A stretch of DNA of 60,965 nt from Octopus bimaculoides (lineage: Eukaryota), in contig NC_068983.1 of the NCBI RefSeq assembly GCF_001194135.2, forward strand, positions 142,638,120 through 142,699,084, in the 5' to 3' direction. Below the pieces are notes generated by a model that was not told where the DNA came from, did no database searches, and saw only the letters and a program-made list of their open reading frames with translations. Below, one piece after another: positions 26,150 through 39,181 of the stretch; the stretch's first letter is position 1; every line of letters starts with the position of its first letter. The position numbers and the translations under genes are program-made.

Positions 26150-26830
26150 TAATCCCATCAATTTAAAACCCTTTTGGTTTCAAAGCGAAGAACTCTGAAA
26201 TGTCAGTTTCGACCTCCTCCTGACTTGCGAAAGTTATGTCCCCCAAATGATTCTGTAAACTACGAAACAAATGGTGGTCCGAAGGAGCAAGGTCGGGAGA
26301 ATAAGGTGGATGAGGAATTTTTTCCCAACCAAGCTCGTCAATCTTCTGTGATGTGATCTTTGCAGTGTGGGGTCACGCATTGTCCTGATGAAACATCACT
26401 CCTTTTTGATTCACTTAAGTGGGTCCTTTTTTCTTCGAAGCTTGGTTAAAACGCTCTAATTGCTGACAGTAGACTTGAGCGTTGATTGTTGCATTAGGTG
26501 GTAACAATTCAAAGTGAATTACTCCTTTGCAATCCCACCAAATAGAGAGAAGAACCTTTTTTCCATGAAATTCCCTTCTCGGTTGTGGTTGAGCTTTTTC
26601 CCTTTTAAGACATTTAACATTTCGATAGAAGATCCATTTTTCGTCACCAGTTACGAGTCTATCCAAAAAGGGTGAAATAGGTTCGTGAGAATGGAGAGAA
26701 GAGCAGATGTCAACTCGGGATTTGCAGTTGCTTTCAGACAATTCATGAGGCATCCATTTTCCAAGTTGTTGAAGATGACGATGAACAGTTGTATGGTTTG
26801 AAATAAGCTTCATTGCCAATTCTTCAACTG
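26150..26830 (-). mobile_element. Mariner transposase fragment
   Basis: WMPHEL, LVTGDEKWIFY, KKVLLSIWWDCKGVIHFELL in ORF 26415-26819. Confidence 0.85.
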
Positions 26831-26849
26831 ATAATTTTAAAACAAAGCA

Positions 26850-27640
26850 ATTTCTTCAATCAATGATATAATTACTGTTTCATTCCAGTATCTTCTACCT
26901 TCTTGTGAGCAGAGCCATTATTCCCTGTTCAAAGAATTTCCTGTTTTTACTAGCAAAAAATCTGTTCTAGGTGAATTTTTACATCCTCTTCAGAGTTGAA
27001 GGTCTGCCCATTTAGTGAATTTTGAAAACTGAAACTCATAGAAATCTGAAGGCACAAGGTTAGATAAGTATGGAGAGGGTGGCAAAACTTCCCAGCTAAC
27101 TTCTACCTCATCTGCAAAGTATACAGCCTGGCATTGTGGTGATGAAAGACAATGCCCATACAATTAGCAAGTGCTGGACACTTCCAGTGAATTGCTGCAT
27201 TTAATCTATCCAGCTGATCTATCTGAATTGATGATCCTGTATGTAAAAGACAACACCCAACTAGTCCCACCAAATTGAAAGCCTAACCTTCTTCAGATGA
27301 AGTCCTGCTTTGGAGGTTATTTGTAGTGGTTCACCATGCTTTTCCCATGACCATTTGTGCTTCACGTTGTTATAGATGATCCATTTTTCATCCCCTGTCA
27401 ACATTCTTTTAAAAATTAAAGGGATCTTTCTTTTCATATTTTTGCTATGAATTGCAAATGGAAATCTGTTGGGCAAGATTAGTTGCATTCAATTGATGTA
27501 AGATCCAAACATCAAGCCTATTGATGTAACCAAGTTGATGCAGATGATTTTCAACAATCAAGTTGAACATATTACCCTAAAGTCCATGCATCATATATGA
27601 TGCACATTCCCAATTTTTTTTTCAACTACAGAGTAACTTG
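26850..27640 (-). mobile_element. Second mariner transposase fragment
   Basis: LTGDEKWIIYNN, KKVRLSIWWD, downstream HHNAR and YLSNLVPSDFY-like motifs. Confidence 0.8.
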
Positions 27641-27819
27641 AGACTTATGAAAGGAAAATTTTATATTACTCAGAATGTATGAAACAAGGGCTAGCTAAAA
27701 GTTTGAAAACAAATATAAACATTTAAGACAAACTTATGAAAATGCTTTGGACAGGCAAAGGGTTAATGTTTTATTTTAAAGGCCTTTAGTTTTTATATCT
27801 TCATCATCACTGTCATCAC

Positions 27820-28487
27820 TTAATGTCTGCTTTCTATGCTGGCATGGGTTGGACAGTTTGACTGAGGACTGGCAAGCCAAAAGGCTGCACAAGGCTCCAA
27901 TCTGATCTGGCAAGGTTTCTACAGCTGGATGCCCTTCTTAACACCAACCACTCCAAGAATGTAGTGGGTGCTTTTTACATGCCACTGGCACAAGGGCCAG
28001 TCAGGTGATACTGGCATCAACCACGTTTGAATGGTGCTTTTTACATGCCACTGGCATGGAAGCTAGTCAGGCAGCACTGGCAACAACCACACTCTAATGA
28101 TGCTTTTTACATGCCACCAGCACAGGAGCCAGTCAGATGGCACTGGCAATGACCACGCAATGAGTTGTGGATTATTTTGTTTCTGTACTCTAATTGTCAT
28201 CATCATCATCGTTTAACGTCTGCTTTCCATGCTAGCATGGGTTGGATGATTCGACTGAGGACTGGCAAGCCAGCAAGCTGCACCAGGCTCCAATCTGATC
28301 TAGCAAAGTTTCTACAGTTGGATGCCCTTCCTAACGCCAACCACTCCGAGAGTGTAGTGGGTGCTTTTACGTGCCACCGGCACGAGGGCCAGTCACACAG
28401 TACTGGCAACGGCCTCGCTCAAATGATGTTTTTTACGTGCCACCTGCATGGGAGCCAGTCCAGCGGAACTGGCAACGACCTCGCTCC
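27820..28487 (-). mobile_element. Two tandem RTE 3'-UTR-derived repeats
   Basis: Reverse complement of the (GAT)n-tailed RTE 3' end, starting near 27820 and 28198. Confidence 0.8.
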
Positions 28488-28599
28488 ATGACATGAAACT
28501 ATTAGTAGCTCTTATTTAAATACTGTCTATATTAAATGATATTTATCTCTCATTGGATGGAGTACTTTTTTTGTTGATCCTACCTATAACAGAACAGTA

Positions 28600-28646
<47 letters not shown>

Positions 28647-28672
28647 CACATACACACATACAAACACACACA
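28600..28672. repeat. (TA)n then (CA)n microsatellite
   Basis: Directly visible. Confidence 0.92.
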
Positions 28673-28707
28673 CATTTTATTATTAAAGCTGCAAAAATAT
28701 CACAAAA

Positions 28708-28749
28708 AACTGCTACTCAGAGTTTCACATTCCCATTCATCAGGCAGTT
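28708..28749 (-). ncRNA. Minimal type I hammerhead ribozyme motif, intact core
   Basis: Minus strand: AACTGC-CTGATGA-ATG GGAA TGT-GAAA-CTC T GAG-TA-GCAGTT. 6-bp stem I, complete CUGAUGA/GAAA core, short stem II with GNRA loop, palindromic stem III, GUA cleavage triplet. Confidence 0.7.
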
Positions 28750-28776
28750 GTGATCAAGAATCTTGATCACAACTGC
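28744..28776. repeat. 33-bp palindrome (16-bp arms, 1-nt centre)
   Basis: GCAGTTGTGATCAAGA-A-TCTTGATCACAACTGC. Confidence 0.92.
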
Positions 28777-28844
28777 TCGACGAACAAGAAAGGAATCTGG
28801 CCAAAGAAAAATAGTGGGCAAAGAAGATGGATGTGTGTGTGTGT

Positions 28845-29180
28845 ATCATCATCATTGTTTAACATCCGCTTTCCATGCTAGCATGGGTTTGACAGTTTGA
28901 CTGAGATCTGGCAAGCCAATGGGCTGCACCAGTCTCCAATCTGATCTGGCAAGGTTTCTACAGCTGGATGCCCTTCCTAATGCCAACCACTCCATGTGTA
29001 GTGGGTGATTTTTTATGTGCCACCAGCATGGGAGTCAGTCAAGGGGCACTGGCATTGACCACATTCAGATAGTGCTTTTTACGTACCACCAGCACAGGAG
29101 CTAGTCAGGGGGCACTGGTATAGACCATGTTCGGATGGTGCTTTTGATGTGCCACTGGCACAGGAGCCAGTCAGGGGGCA
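28845..29180 (-). mobile_element. RTE 3'-UTR-derived repeat
   Basis: Same family as 27820-28487. Confidence 0.8.
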
Positions 29181-30738
29181 CATATTACGATAAATCTAAA
29201 CAAACCATAGTTTGCCTTAGAAGTGCTGAAACATGTGTTATGAGATAATTTATTTTCAAACATTTAAACTGAGAAAACATTAGGTTCTCTGAGAAATTAA
29301 AGTTAAGATGACTGTATAGACAAAGGGTTGAATTACTTGTTTGCTAGTTACAAGTTCAAATCTGTTATTGGTGTTCCATTGCATTTCTGAACAAAATGCT
29401 ATTTTTAATATTTTCTTTATCTACAAACAATATAAAAATATCTACGGCATCAGGAAGAAATTTAGAGCTCACCTATTTTGAAAAGATAGACTTGATATTG
29501 GAGGCAGAGCAGAAAACAGAAACAATTTGAAATGTACAGTCCTGTACATAGGACCGCAGTGTTCTATTTCTCTACACTAGCAGAGATAACTGATGATCAT
29601 AAAACAATCACAAGAAGGGTAAAATTATAATTTTGAATTATAAATTATAATTATAAATTTTCTTTATAGGTACACGTTCTTCAATATTTAGACTTATACT
29701 ATGTTTCAATCAGTTTGCTCTCCTGCCAGTATTAATTGTCACATAGTACCAGATATCTACATAGTACCAGATCAGATTTGAACTAGAAACCTTTTTTCTA
29801 AATAAAGGGGTTTAATGGTTCAACCCACGCAGCCATAAAATAAGACACCTGTCAGAAATCAAAACAGCATAGATATAAATATTGTAAAAATGCTGGTCTC
29901 TAAAAATAAAAATTGTAAATAACACACCTGAAAACAGTTGAACATGTAAAAGAAAGAAAAAAAAAGACAAAGAGTCACAGTACTAAAAACATGTGACCCA
30001 AATTTAAACAAAGAAATAAAATTTATAATCAAACCCAAACTTAACTTATTTACAAATGATAAAATATCATCATCATTATCCTCATTATTCTTAACAGATT
30101 AAAATTCTAATGTTTAGTCTTAAATTTAGATTCATGGTTTTAAATGGATTAAGTCAGGATAACTTTCATGGATCAGATTTATCAGATATATTCTGCATTT
30201 ACAAAACCTACTGAAATTTTACTTCAAAATAAATGTTTCCTAAGTGGATAATTACAAATGTACACAAATATCACAGTAGAGAAACTAGAAGAAAAAAACA
30301 AACTCGCAGAATCTATTATATTTTTTTACTGAAATAAAATGTTTTGAAGAAAGAATTCATATTAAGAATACATATCTATTTACTTTCACAAAATACATAA
30401 TCCATATGTGAAGCTTTTCTTCCAAGGACAAAATGTTTCTTTCTCTAAAAGATTCTATTTACATAAGATACAAAAAATAAATAAATATAAACCAGAAAGT
30501 GCTGAATAAATATAATTTAGACTTTATATTACTTTTTCAGATTGTATCGTCTGTTTTCAGGCACAATAAGGTATAAGGATATAAGGAAAATAAAGTCACA
30601 TTGATTTCATTATATTTATATATGTACGCATGTATGTATTTACAACCTATTGATAGTTGATGGAAACAATAATAATAATGCACAGAATAAGAGATAGGAA
30701 AACATTTTTGCAAACAAATGCTTTCATTTGCATTAAGG

Positions 30739-30942
30739 TTATGTACTTCCTTGTAATCTTTCCTCAAGCATATTTATTCGCTGCTCTAATGAATTCATCT
30801 GAGTTACTACATCAGCAATCCTGGGGCCCGCATTATATATCCTTAACTCATGTTCCAATAACTCGATTTTGTTTGCTTTCTTAACAAGTACCTTCATTTT
30901 ATCCTCGTATACAGCAAGCCGTTGCTCCATCAAACTCATCGT
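30739..30942 (-). CDS. POC1: POC1 last exon ([16 protein letters not shown]...[10 protein letters not shown])
   Basis: Acceptor TTTTAG|; continues the Poc1 coiled-coil motif; ends in TAA. Confidence 0.88.
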   Translation of the reverse strand, partial: TMSLMEQRLAVYEDKMKVLVKKANKIELLEHELRIYNAGPRIADVVTQMNSLEQRINMLEERLQGST

Positions 30943-33900
30943 CTAAAATTAACAGAATTAAAACAGGTTATAGACTATTATGACTTCATGCAAGATGTTT
31001 GATATAAAAATATGAACAGCCCCAGCAAACCTAAAAGGCCAGTACTAAACTCTGAATTCATAAGGTTATTGACTAAGGTAAATCTCTATATCTCTAACAG
31101 TCTACTGTCATTTATATTCCCAAATAATTATTCTTAACAGCTGGGTGATTGATGTGTGAAGTATTAAGTGTACTACCTAAATACATAACAGAACACTTGC
31201 AGTCAATCTCAACAAAAGACCTGTGAGTTGCTTATTCAACACTATGCTTATTTGGCTATTATTTTACTTCTTTAACTTCTTTTCCACTTGATATCAAACA
31301 ACAAAAACTGCTAAAACTTCTTGTAACAAGTTGTTTGTAGAATATACTGAAGCGAATGATACCTTACTTTATATATATATATATATATATATATTAATAG
31401 TAATGATATGACAACAAAAAAATGAATGAGACCTCAATATTATGTAAATAGAGGAATTTATCTGTAATATAATATGTGACAATTATTCGGTTGCCATAAT
31501 AAAACTCCAAGTTTCGGATGTCGGGGCAGAAATCTGCTCCGGCATCTCATCTGTTATCAAGGCAATAAAAATTTTTTTCTGATTGCATTGATAATAGACG
31601 AGGTGCCAGAACAGATTTCCACCCCGACATCCGAAACTTGGAGTCTTATTGTGGCAACCGAATAATTGTCACATATTATATATATCATCATGATGATGAT
31701 GATATTGTTTAATGTCCATCGAGCTGACTAGGTATTTTATAGTATTTCTGTTATAGGTTCACTTCAAGTCAGAGTGAATGAAATTTGTTTCTCTTTCTTC
31801 TTTGGATTCTTTTGTATATTATGTAACATCTCTAAGAATTTTCCTTTGAAATCTTGTTGAAGAATGAGCTGTCATATCTTTACCAGCACATCAACAAGCA
31901 TGAAAATTCAAAGCAGAAATTTTCTAAAATCATTGTCAAATGTAAATTTGTGTCAGTTAAGTAAAATTTTTATAAGGCCTTATTTTCAAGGAAAGCGTCA
32001 TTAGACTGGTAGAATTAATGTAATTACAGAAGTTTGAACATCAAAACAAACTAATCGTAAAACTACTGAAGATTGACATCCAACAGATCCAATATCTTTT
32101 ATAATGCAGTTTACTGGCATGGCAAAATAAATGTTTGCTTGAAGGCCGTGTAACTGGCCAGGGTCACAGATTAGAAGAGAATAATCAAGATCAAACATGT
32201 GCATCATGATGTGTGTTAAGTTCCAAGACATAAATGATTGTAAAGTCTGGGCAACAGCCTGAAGAAATGATACTTCAGAATTTATTTAGGAGCGAGATCG
32301 TTGCCAGTGCCCCTGGACTGGCTCTTGTGCGGGTGGCACATAAAATACACCATTTTGAGCGTGGCCGTTGCCAGTACCGCCTGACTGGCCTTCGTGTGGG
32401 TGACACGTAAAAGCACCCAGTACACTCTCTGAGTGGTTGGCGTTAGGAAGGGCATCCAGCTGTAGAAACTCTGCCAAATCAGATTGGAGCCTGGTGTAGC
32501 CATCTGGTTCACCAGTCCTCAGTCAAATCGTCCAACCCATGCTAGCATGGAAAGTGGACGTTAAACGACGATGATGATCATGATCATGAAAGGATTGTTG
32601 AGACAGCAGGCAACCAATATTGTAGATTACTAAATTTAAAGTATACTTCTGCTACTGAGTCATTCAGAAATCAGTGATGTCAGCTTTTTGAATATTGTTC
32701 TTCCTAAGACCTGAAATGATATTTCTATGTCATAATCAAAAAGACAATTGTATCAGTGATGAGGAGCTTGTAACAATGTTGAATCAGATTAAACATTGTT
32801 AATGTTAGTTTTGCTAATTCCCAGCAGTTTGTTAGATACTTTGTATAATGGAACAAGTACAGATTCAGTTAATAAAGGTACACAAATTACATTTTTAAAA
32901 TTATTTTTACCATCTTACTGGTTTCAGCTATTTGACTGCTTAAGATATTTTATACAAAAGCAGGAAAGGTTATCTCCCTTCGTTTTTGAAATAGTTGTTA
33001 GAATGCAATACTAAATTTTCAGGAAACCACCATCTACAATCCGGTTTCACTTATATTGCCCATGCTCTCCACAAACAGCTTCTCTTATTAATATATGTTT
33101 GAGGAGATTTCTGTGCATATGTCATTCAATTTCTTTTGCAATTAGTTTGTTAATCTCAATTTGCTATTTAGGAAGTTATTCAATTAACATTAATAAATCA
33201 TCTAAAACTAATTAGATATAAAATTAAGAAACATGTATGTAAATTTGCATCTCACTTTCCATCTTTTGGCTTCCTATGAAAAAGTCCTCAAAGATAGAAC
33301 ATTTCAAATTTTTATTGCATATTTTAATTTCAAATTTATAAATATCCATGTACATTAGTTAATACAAAATGAAAAGCAAAACAAAATCTAGCATCCTTAC
33401 CTGAGTAACTGATTGCATCTGATCAACAATATTTCCAAGAGTTCTAGAAATCGAATTTTCAAGTGTATCCCAATTATGCAGCATTCCTAATAATACTTCC
33501 TGATAAGCAAAGATCATAATTTAGAACACAGAATAAAATGCAATTGTAAATTATATATATATTGGGAGCTCCTCTATGCTGATGACTTTGCTCTTATTGC
33601 TGAGACACTATCAGAACTAGAGGAGAAGTTTCAGGTGTGGAAATTTGGTATAGTGAAATAATTTTCCATGTGAAATCTAATTTTGTTCTTTATTTGTTCC
33701 AGAAAAATTGCAGAAAAATGTTACTGAGGTTTAAAGTTTAATCAATTTTACCTAATCAGAAAACACAATTAGGGAGCTGGCATTTTCTGCATAATAGCTG
33801 TCTATCACAAAATGAAAGCAAAATCATTACAAGAAGGAATTTTTATTAAACAAACGAAAGTAAAGAAATTATGATGACCAAAGTTGTAAGAACTTCTGAA

Positions 33901-36900
33901 GTTTTAATGAATAAAGTCATGAGAAACAGTTGAACAGACATGTGAATAATTTAAAAAAGAAAAAAATCCTAAACAAAGTTTTTTGTGGAAAATTGCATCA
34001 TCATTTAATATCGTTTAACACCCGCTTTCAATGCTGGCATAGGTTGGATGGTTTGACTGAGGACTGGCAAGCCAGGAGGCTGCACCAGGCTTCAATCTGA
34101 TCTGGTAAGTTTTCTAAAGTTGGATGCCATTCCTAACGCCAACCACTCTGAGAGTGTAGTGGGTGCTTTTTATGTGCCACTGGCATGGGAGCCAGTCAGG
34201 TGGCACTGGCACTGACCATGCTCAAATGGTGCTTTTTAACATTCCACCGGCATGGGAGTCAGTCAAGAGAAACTTGCATGACACACACTCAAGTGGTGCT
34301 TTTTACGTGCCACTAACACAGGAGCCAGTCAGATGGCACTGGCATCGACAATGCTCAAATGGTGCTTTCTACATACCACTGGCACAGGTGCCAATCAGGT
34401 AACACTGGCATCAGTCATGCTTCAATGAAGCTTTTTACATGCCACTGGCATCGGCCATGCTCGTATGGTGCTTTTTATGAACCACTGGCACGGGAGCCAG
34501 TCAGACAGCATTGGCATCAACCACGTTGGATCAACAGGCCTTCTCAAGCATGGCATATTGCCTACAATTGAAGGGGTACTTTTAAACTGGCCAGTTATGC
34601 AACACTGGCATCAGCCATGGCTACGATCTCACTTGGCTTACTGGGTCTTCTCAAGCACTTAATATCTCCAAAGATCTCAGTCACTTGTCATTGCCTCTGT
34701 GAGGCCCAACATTCGAAGATCATTCTTCACCACCTCATCCTGTATCTTCCTGGGTCTACCACTTTCACAGGTACTCTCCACTGTTAGGGTGTGACACTTC
34801 TTCATACAGTTGTCCTCATCCATACGCATGACCATAACAGCGCAGTCGTCTCTGTTGCACACCACATCTGATGTTTCTTATGTCCAACTTTTCTCTCAGG
34901 GCACTTACACTCTGCCATGTATGCACACTGACAATACACATCCAGCAGCGCATACTGGCTGCATTCCTTGCAAGCTTACGCATGTCTTCAGCAGTCACAG
35001 CCCATGTTTCACTGCCATGTAGCATGGCTGTTCATACACATGTTTCACTGCTATATAGCATAACACACAGGTATCATACACTCTACCTGTCACTCTGGGT
35101 GTGTTTACATCCCCATAACTTAGCAGTTTGATAAAAGAGATCAATAGAATAAGTGCTAAGTTTAAAAAATAAGTCCTGAAGTCAATTTGTTTGACTAAAG
35201 CCTTTCAAGGAAGCACTCCAGCATGGCCACAGTCAAATAACTGAAACAAGTAAAAGAATAAAAGAATATTATATTCACGGGGTTCTGAGTAGTTAAGGCA
35301 CCAGAATATAAATATAAAATCCATTGAATCAATGCCTTCTACAGCCAGTGTGCTGAGTACTCAGTTGAATTATTTCATGTTGCTTGCCATTGTACTTCTC
35401 TTTTCACAATTCACGCAATGTCAGTGATTGCATGAGTGCTATCCATTCTTTCATTCACATTGTTTTTACTGCACCTATTTATCAACGAGTTCTGATGTTA
35501 ACCAACTTAATGATTTTCATCTATCTATTGAGTATTGATAGTTTTCAATTGAAAAACACAATTTAATTTCTGAATGAAAGCCTGTTAAAAAGTGCGAAGA
35601 GTTTAGTGCATTTGTTAACATTTTAATTATACCATCATTTCAAATCAGGTGTATGTGAGACACAGTTTGTCCCACAGTTTTACTCCATATAGAGCAAACA
35701 AGAGAGCCCATATGCAGTGGCTCAACCTCCTACAAATAATAGTCATATCTCATTCAAATCATACCCTACTGGACAATGAATCTTGGATACATAAAATATG
35801 GAATGGTTATGAGTGGTATGTTTTAATTCACTCAATGATGTCTGACTATAGGCTAAACAAGAACCACATGCACTATTTTACTTCAATTTTTGAAGTTAGA
35901 AGACGTGTTATATTTCCTTCGTAGATGCTTTATAGGAAGAAATATAGCAATCCATCCAATACTTGAGTAGGTCAATCAGAAATATTAACATCAAATAAGA
36001 CAGACAAAAAGCTTAAAAGAAGAGGAAGAACAATATTGTGATAAGAAAATATAGACAACAATAAAGACTTACGGTTTGTTCTGGAGGAAAAGGAGCTGAA
36101 AGTTGACTTGCAGCAGCACCTTCACCACGTTCCATCTGCAGAGTGTAAAGAAAATGAAATATTTGAAGCAAATTATTTCTAGATACACTAGTTATTTCCC
36201 TGAATAAGAGTTTAAAAATTTGAAAAATTATATTAAGTCCAATACTGGCATGCCACTTCTATGGCTCAACTCCCTTCAGGAAAATAGCTCTGTTCAATAT
36301 GTCCATTATCTAGAAAAGGTGTAGGTAGAATTTCATACAGTGTATTCAGTGCAAACTATAAATACATAAGAGGTGCAGGGGAATCACAGGAAGGTTGACT
36401 GGGAAAATAGACTTTGTGTGTAGCAAATGTGCAGGAGGAATAAACACTGAACTCATACAGAAAACAGATCAACTCAAATATTCAGTTGGATCCCTAGTGG
36501 TAGCAAAGTTTTTATTACCTAGATGACCTAATTAGCTGTGAAATAGGATGTTCTGAACATACAGGCCCTAGAATAAGAAAAGGCTAGACAAAGTTCAGGG
36601 AACTGTTACTTCTGCTGATAATAAAAAGGTCTCTCTCACAGAGTGAAAGGCAGATTGTATAATTCTTGGGTACAGACAGCAATACTACATGGTAGTGAGA
36701 TGAGCCCTGAATGCAGGGCACAGGCAAAGACTAGAACGAAATGAAGCTAGCATGCTCCGCTAGATGTGCAACAACTACTAGATGTGAACAACAAATGTTT
36801 TGAGAGAAAAATTGGGCTTAAGAGGAATCAGATATAATGTGCAAGAGAGAAAACTGTGATGGTATGGTCATGCAATACATATGGATGAGGACAGCTGCCA

Positions 36901-39096
36901 ATCACTAAATGCGGATGGAACATGTAGAAGAGGGAGACCCCGGAAGATGTGAGAGAAAATAGTGAAGTCCAACTTTAGGATGTTGAACATCACAAAGCAA
37001 ATAATCAAGAACCAAGATGATTACTGATTTGCTGTACCAGAGAAGAGCCATTGCATCTTCACAGAAATGATCCCCTAAAAACATATGGTTTATGTATATG
37101 CCCCAGCACCCAATCTGTCCCTGTCAAGTTTTCCCCATCTCTCATCTTTCTAACACCCATCCCTCCACCATTCTCCTAACTACAGTATTACTCATTCAGC
37201 TGCTGAAATTATATGACAGTAGAACTACACATATTTCATCCCCTTTTGTGCTATCAGTTATCCCTTTCCTTGGAACCACTTCCTTTTGTAACCCAATCCT
37301 CATTTTCAGTATCATCCTTTCCCACTCTACTGTCCACTGAACATTTCTTTCCCATGATCTACAGACAATGACTACCATACCTAATCCTTAACACCCTCCC
37401 ATATCTTCTATCATTCACAATACCCTCTCTTATGTATCATCAACGGGCACCCACCTTTGTTCATTACACATTATATCCACCCATATGTACTCTGTCACTG
37501 AGGTTGCCATCTTTGTCATTGCACATCCTTCTTTCTCTCCCCCACTCCACCCAGTTACATCATCTTATTCTTCATCTATCTACAGTTTTATTATGCTGCT
37601 GCTCTTCGCCCTGCTTTTTCTATTGCCACTAATCCCCTTCTCCCTAACCCACTCCTACATCAGGGCTTAATTCTCTGCCTTCTACTATTTATTATAGTTC
37701 TTTAAACCATGACAAAGAGTTTAAGATTTATTTGTTGTACAAACTCCTTTATGTCAACATTCTAGTTCCTATAGTTGAATTAGTCAAAGAATTCGAAGAA
37801 AAATTACAAACTCATGCTAGAAAGGTAAAGAGGACATGAGATGGCAATGATAACTAAAAGTATTTGAAAAAAAAAACTCTTACATTTCCAACGGGAGTAC
37901 TGGCTCTAGCAGGTGCATCCTGATGTTGCTCTGGCAAAGCTTCTTCAGAGTCAGAACCGGAAGAGAAAGCATCTGCTAGACTCTGTCTCTGAGTAGTTGG
38001 ATGTGCCCTTGTAACAAGGTTCGCCTTCCAAACTAGAACCTGGAAATTAAGAAAAGAGATGTACATAAAAAAGAACTAAAATTAAAACAAAAATAAATTA
38101 GATAAAATACAGCTTCATTACAGTAACAGTATAAAGAAATACTAAGTGTTGACTGCTCTACTCTCACCTGTTTTTCAGAAGATACTTAAAATGTTCTATA
38201 TACATTCCAATAAGGAAATTATCATTTTTGATGATGCCACTCAAAAAAGGCTTGCTCAGTGGCTTTTCCCCTAAAACTTGGTGAGTGTAGATTTTACTTG
38301 AAAATAATTGTCACAATTTACAACTATAAAACATTACACAAGTCAGCATCTAATGTTTTATAGCTGTTCAATATGACAATTTCCTGCTCAAAAGCATAGC
38401 AAAATGACTGTCAAAGACTTCGACTAATATATTATGAGTTTGTAGTCCAATAGGTTATGCAATTCACTAATTCAGATCAACAACATATACTTTTATATTT
38501 CCCATTTCATTGTTGAGTGGTTAGAAGTAGCAAGGCATTCATGTTAGAGAAAAGACATTTCAATCATTATTTACATGGCAGTTGTTGACTTCAGTTCTAT
38601 ATTACCTTACTTTTGGTCCTCAAGGTTTCCATTACCTCTTGAATTTGTACTTTCTATATTCTTACTCAGTTCGTTTGGAAACAGGTATGATTGCTATTTT
38701 ATTTGTAAGTATATCTTTTTTAAGTATACCTTTTTGTAAGTATATCTTTCTCAGTTCTACCTCTAAATGAAAAATTGATAAAGGTTGATGGATGTTTAAT
38801 TTTAAAATGTTTATCTTTTAGGAAAAATATTTGCTTGAATTTAGGAAGATATGAGATAATGTTTTATATTGTTTCTTTAATCTAGGGATAAGGGCCTGGT
38901 GGTTTGTCTCTATTTCATGCCAAGGGAGACAACAGCATTGAAGTATTTCAAATTACAAGACAATGTATTTTGACATAGGATGTTAGTGTGAACTGACTGA
39001 AATAATAAGTGCCTTCCCCTAATGACTATAAGAAGAGAAAAGAGATATGAGTTTTACTATGTGAGGCACTAAACAAACAGTACAAATGAGGAGGAG

Positions 39097-39181
<85 letters not shown>

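Larger units (their letters stand above)
31468..31680. repeat. Imperfect inverted repeat (about 100-bp arms) near (TA)n in the last POC1 intron
   Basis: TATAATATGTGACAATTATTCGGTTGCCA...TGGCAACCGAATAATTGTCACATATTATA with several mismatches. Confidence 0.9.
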
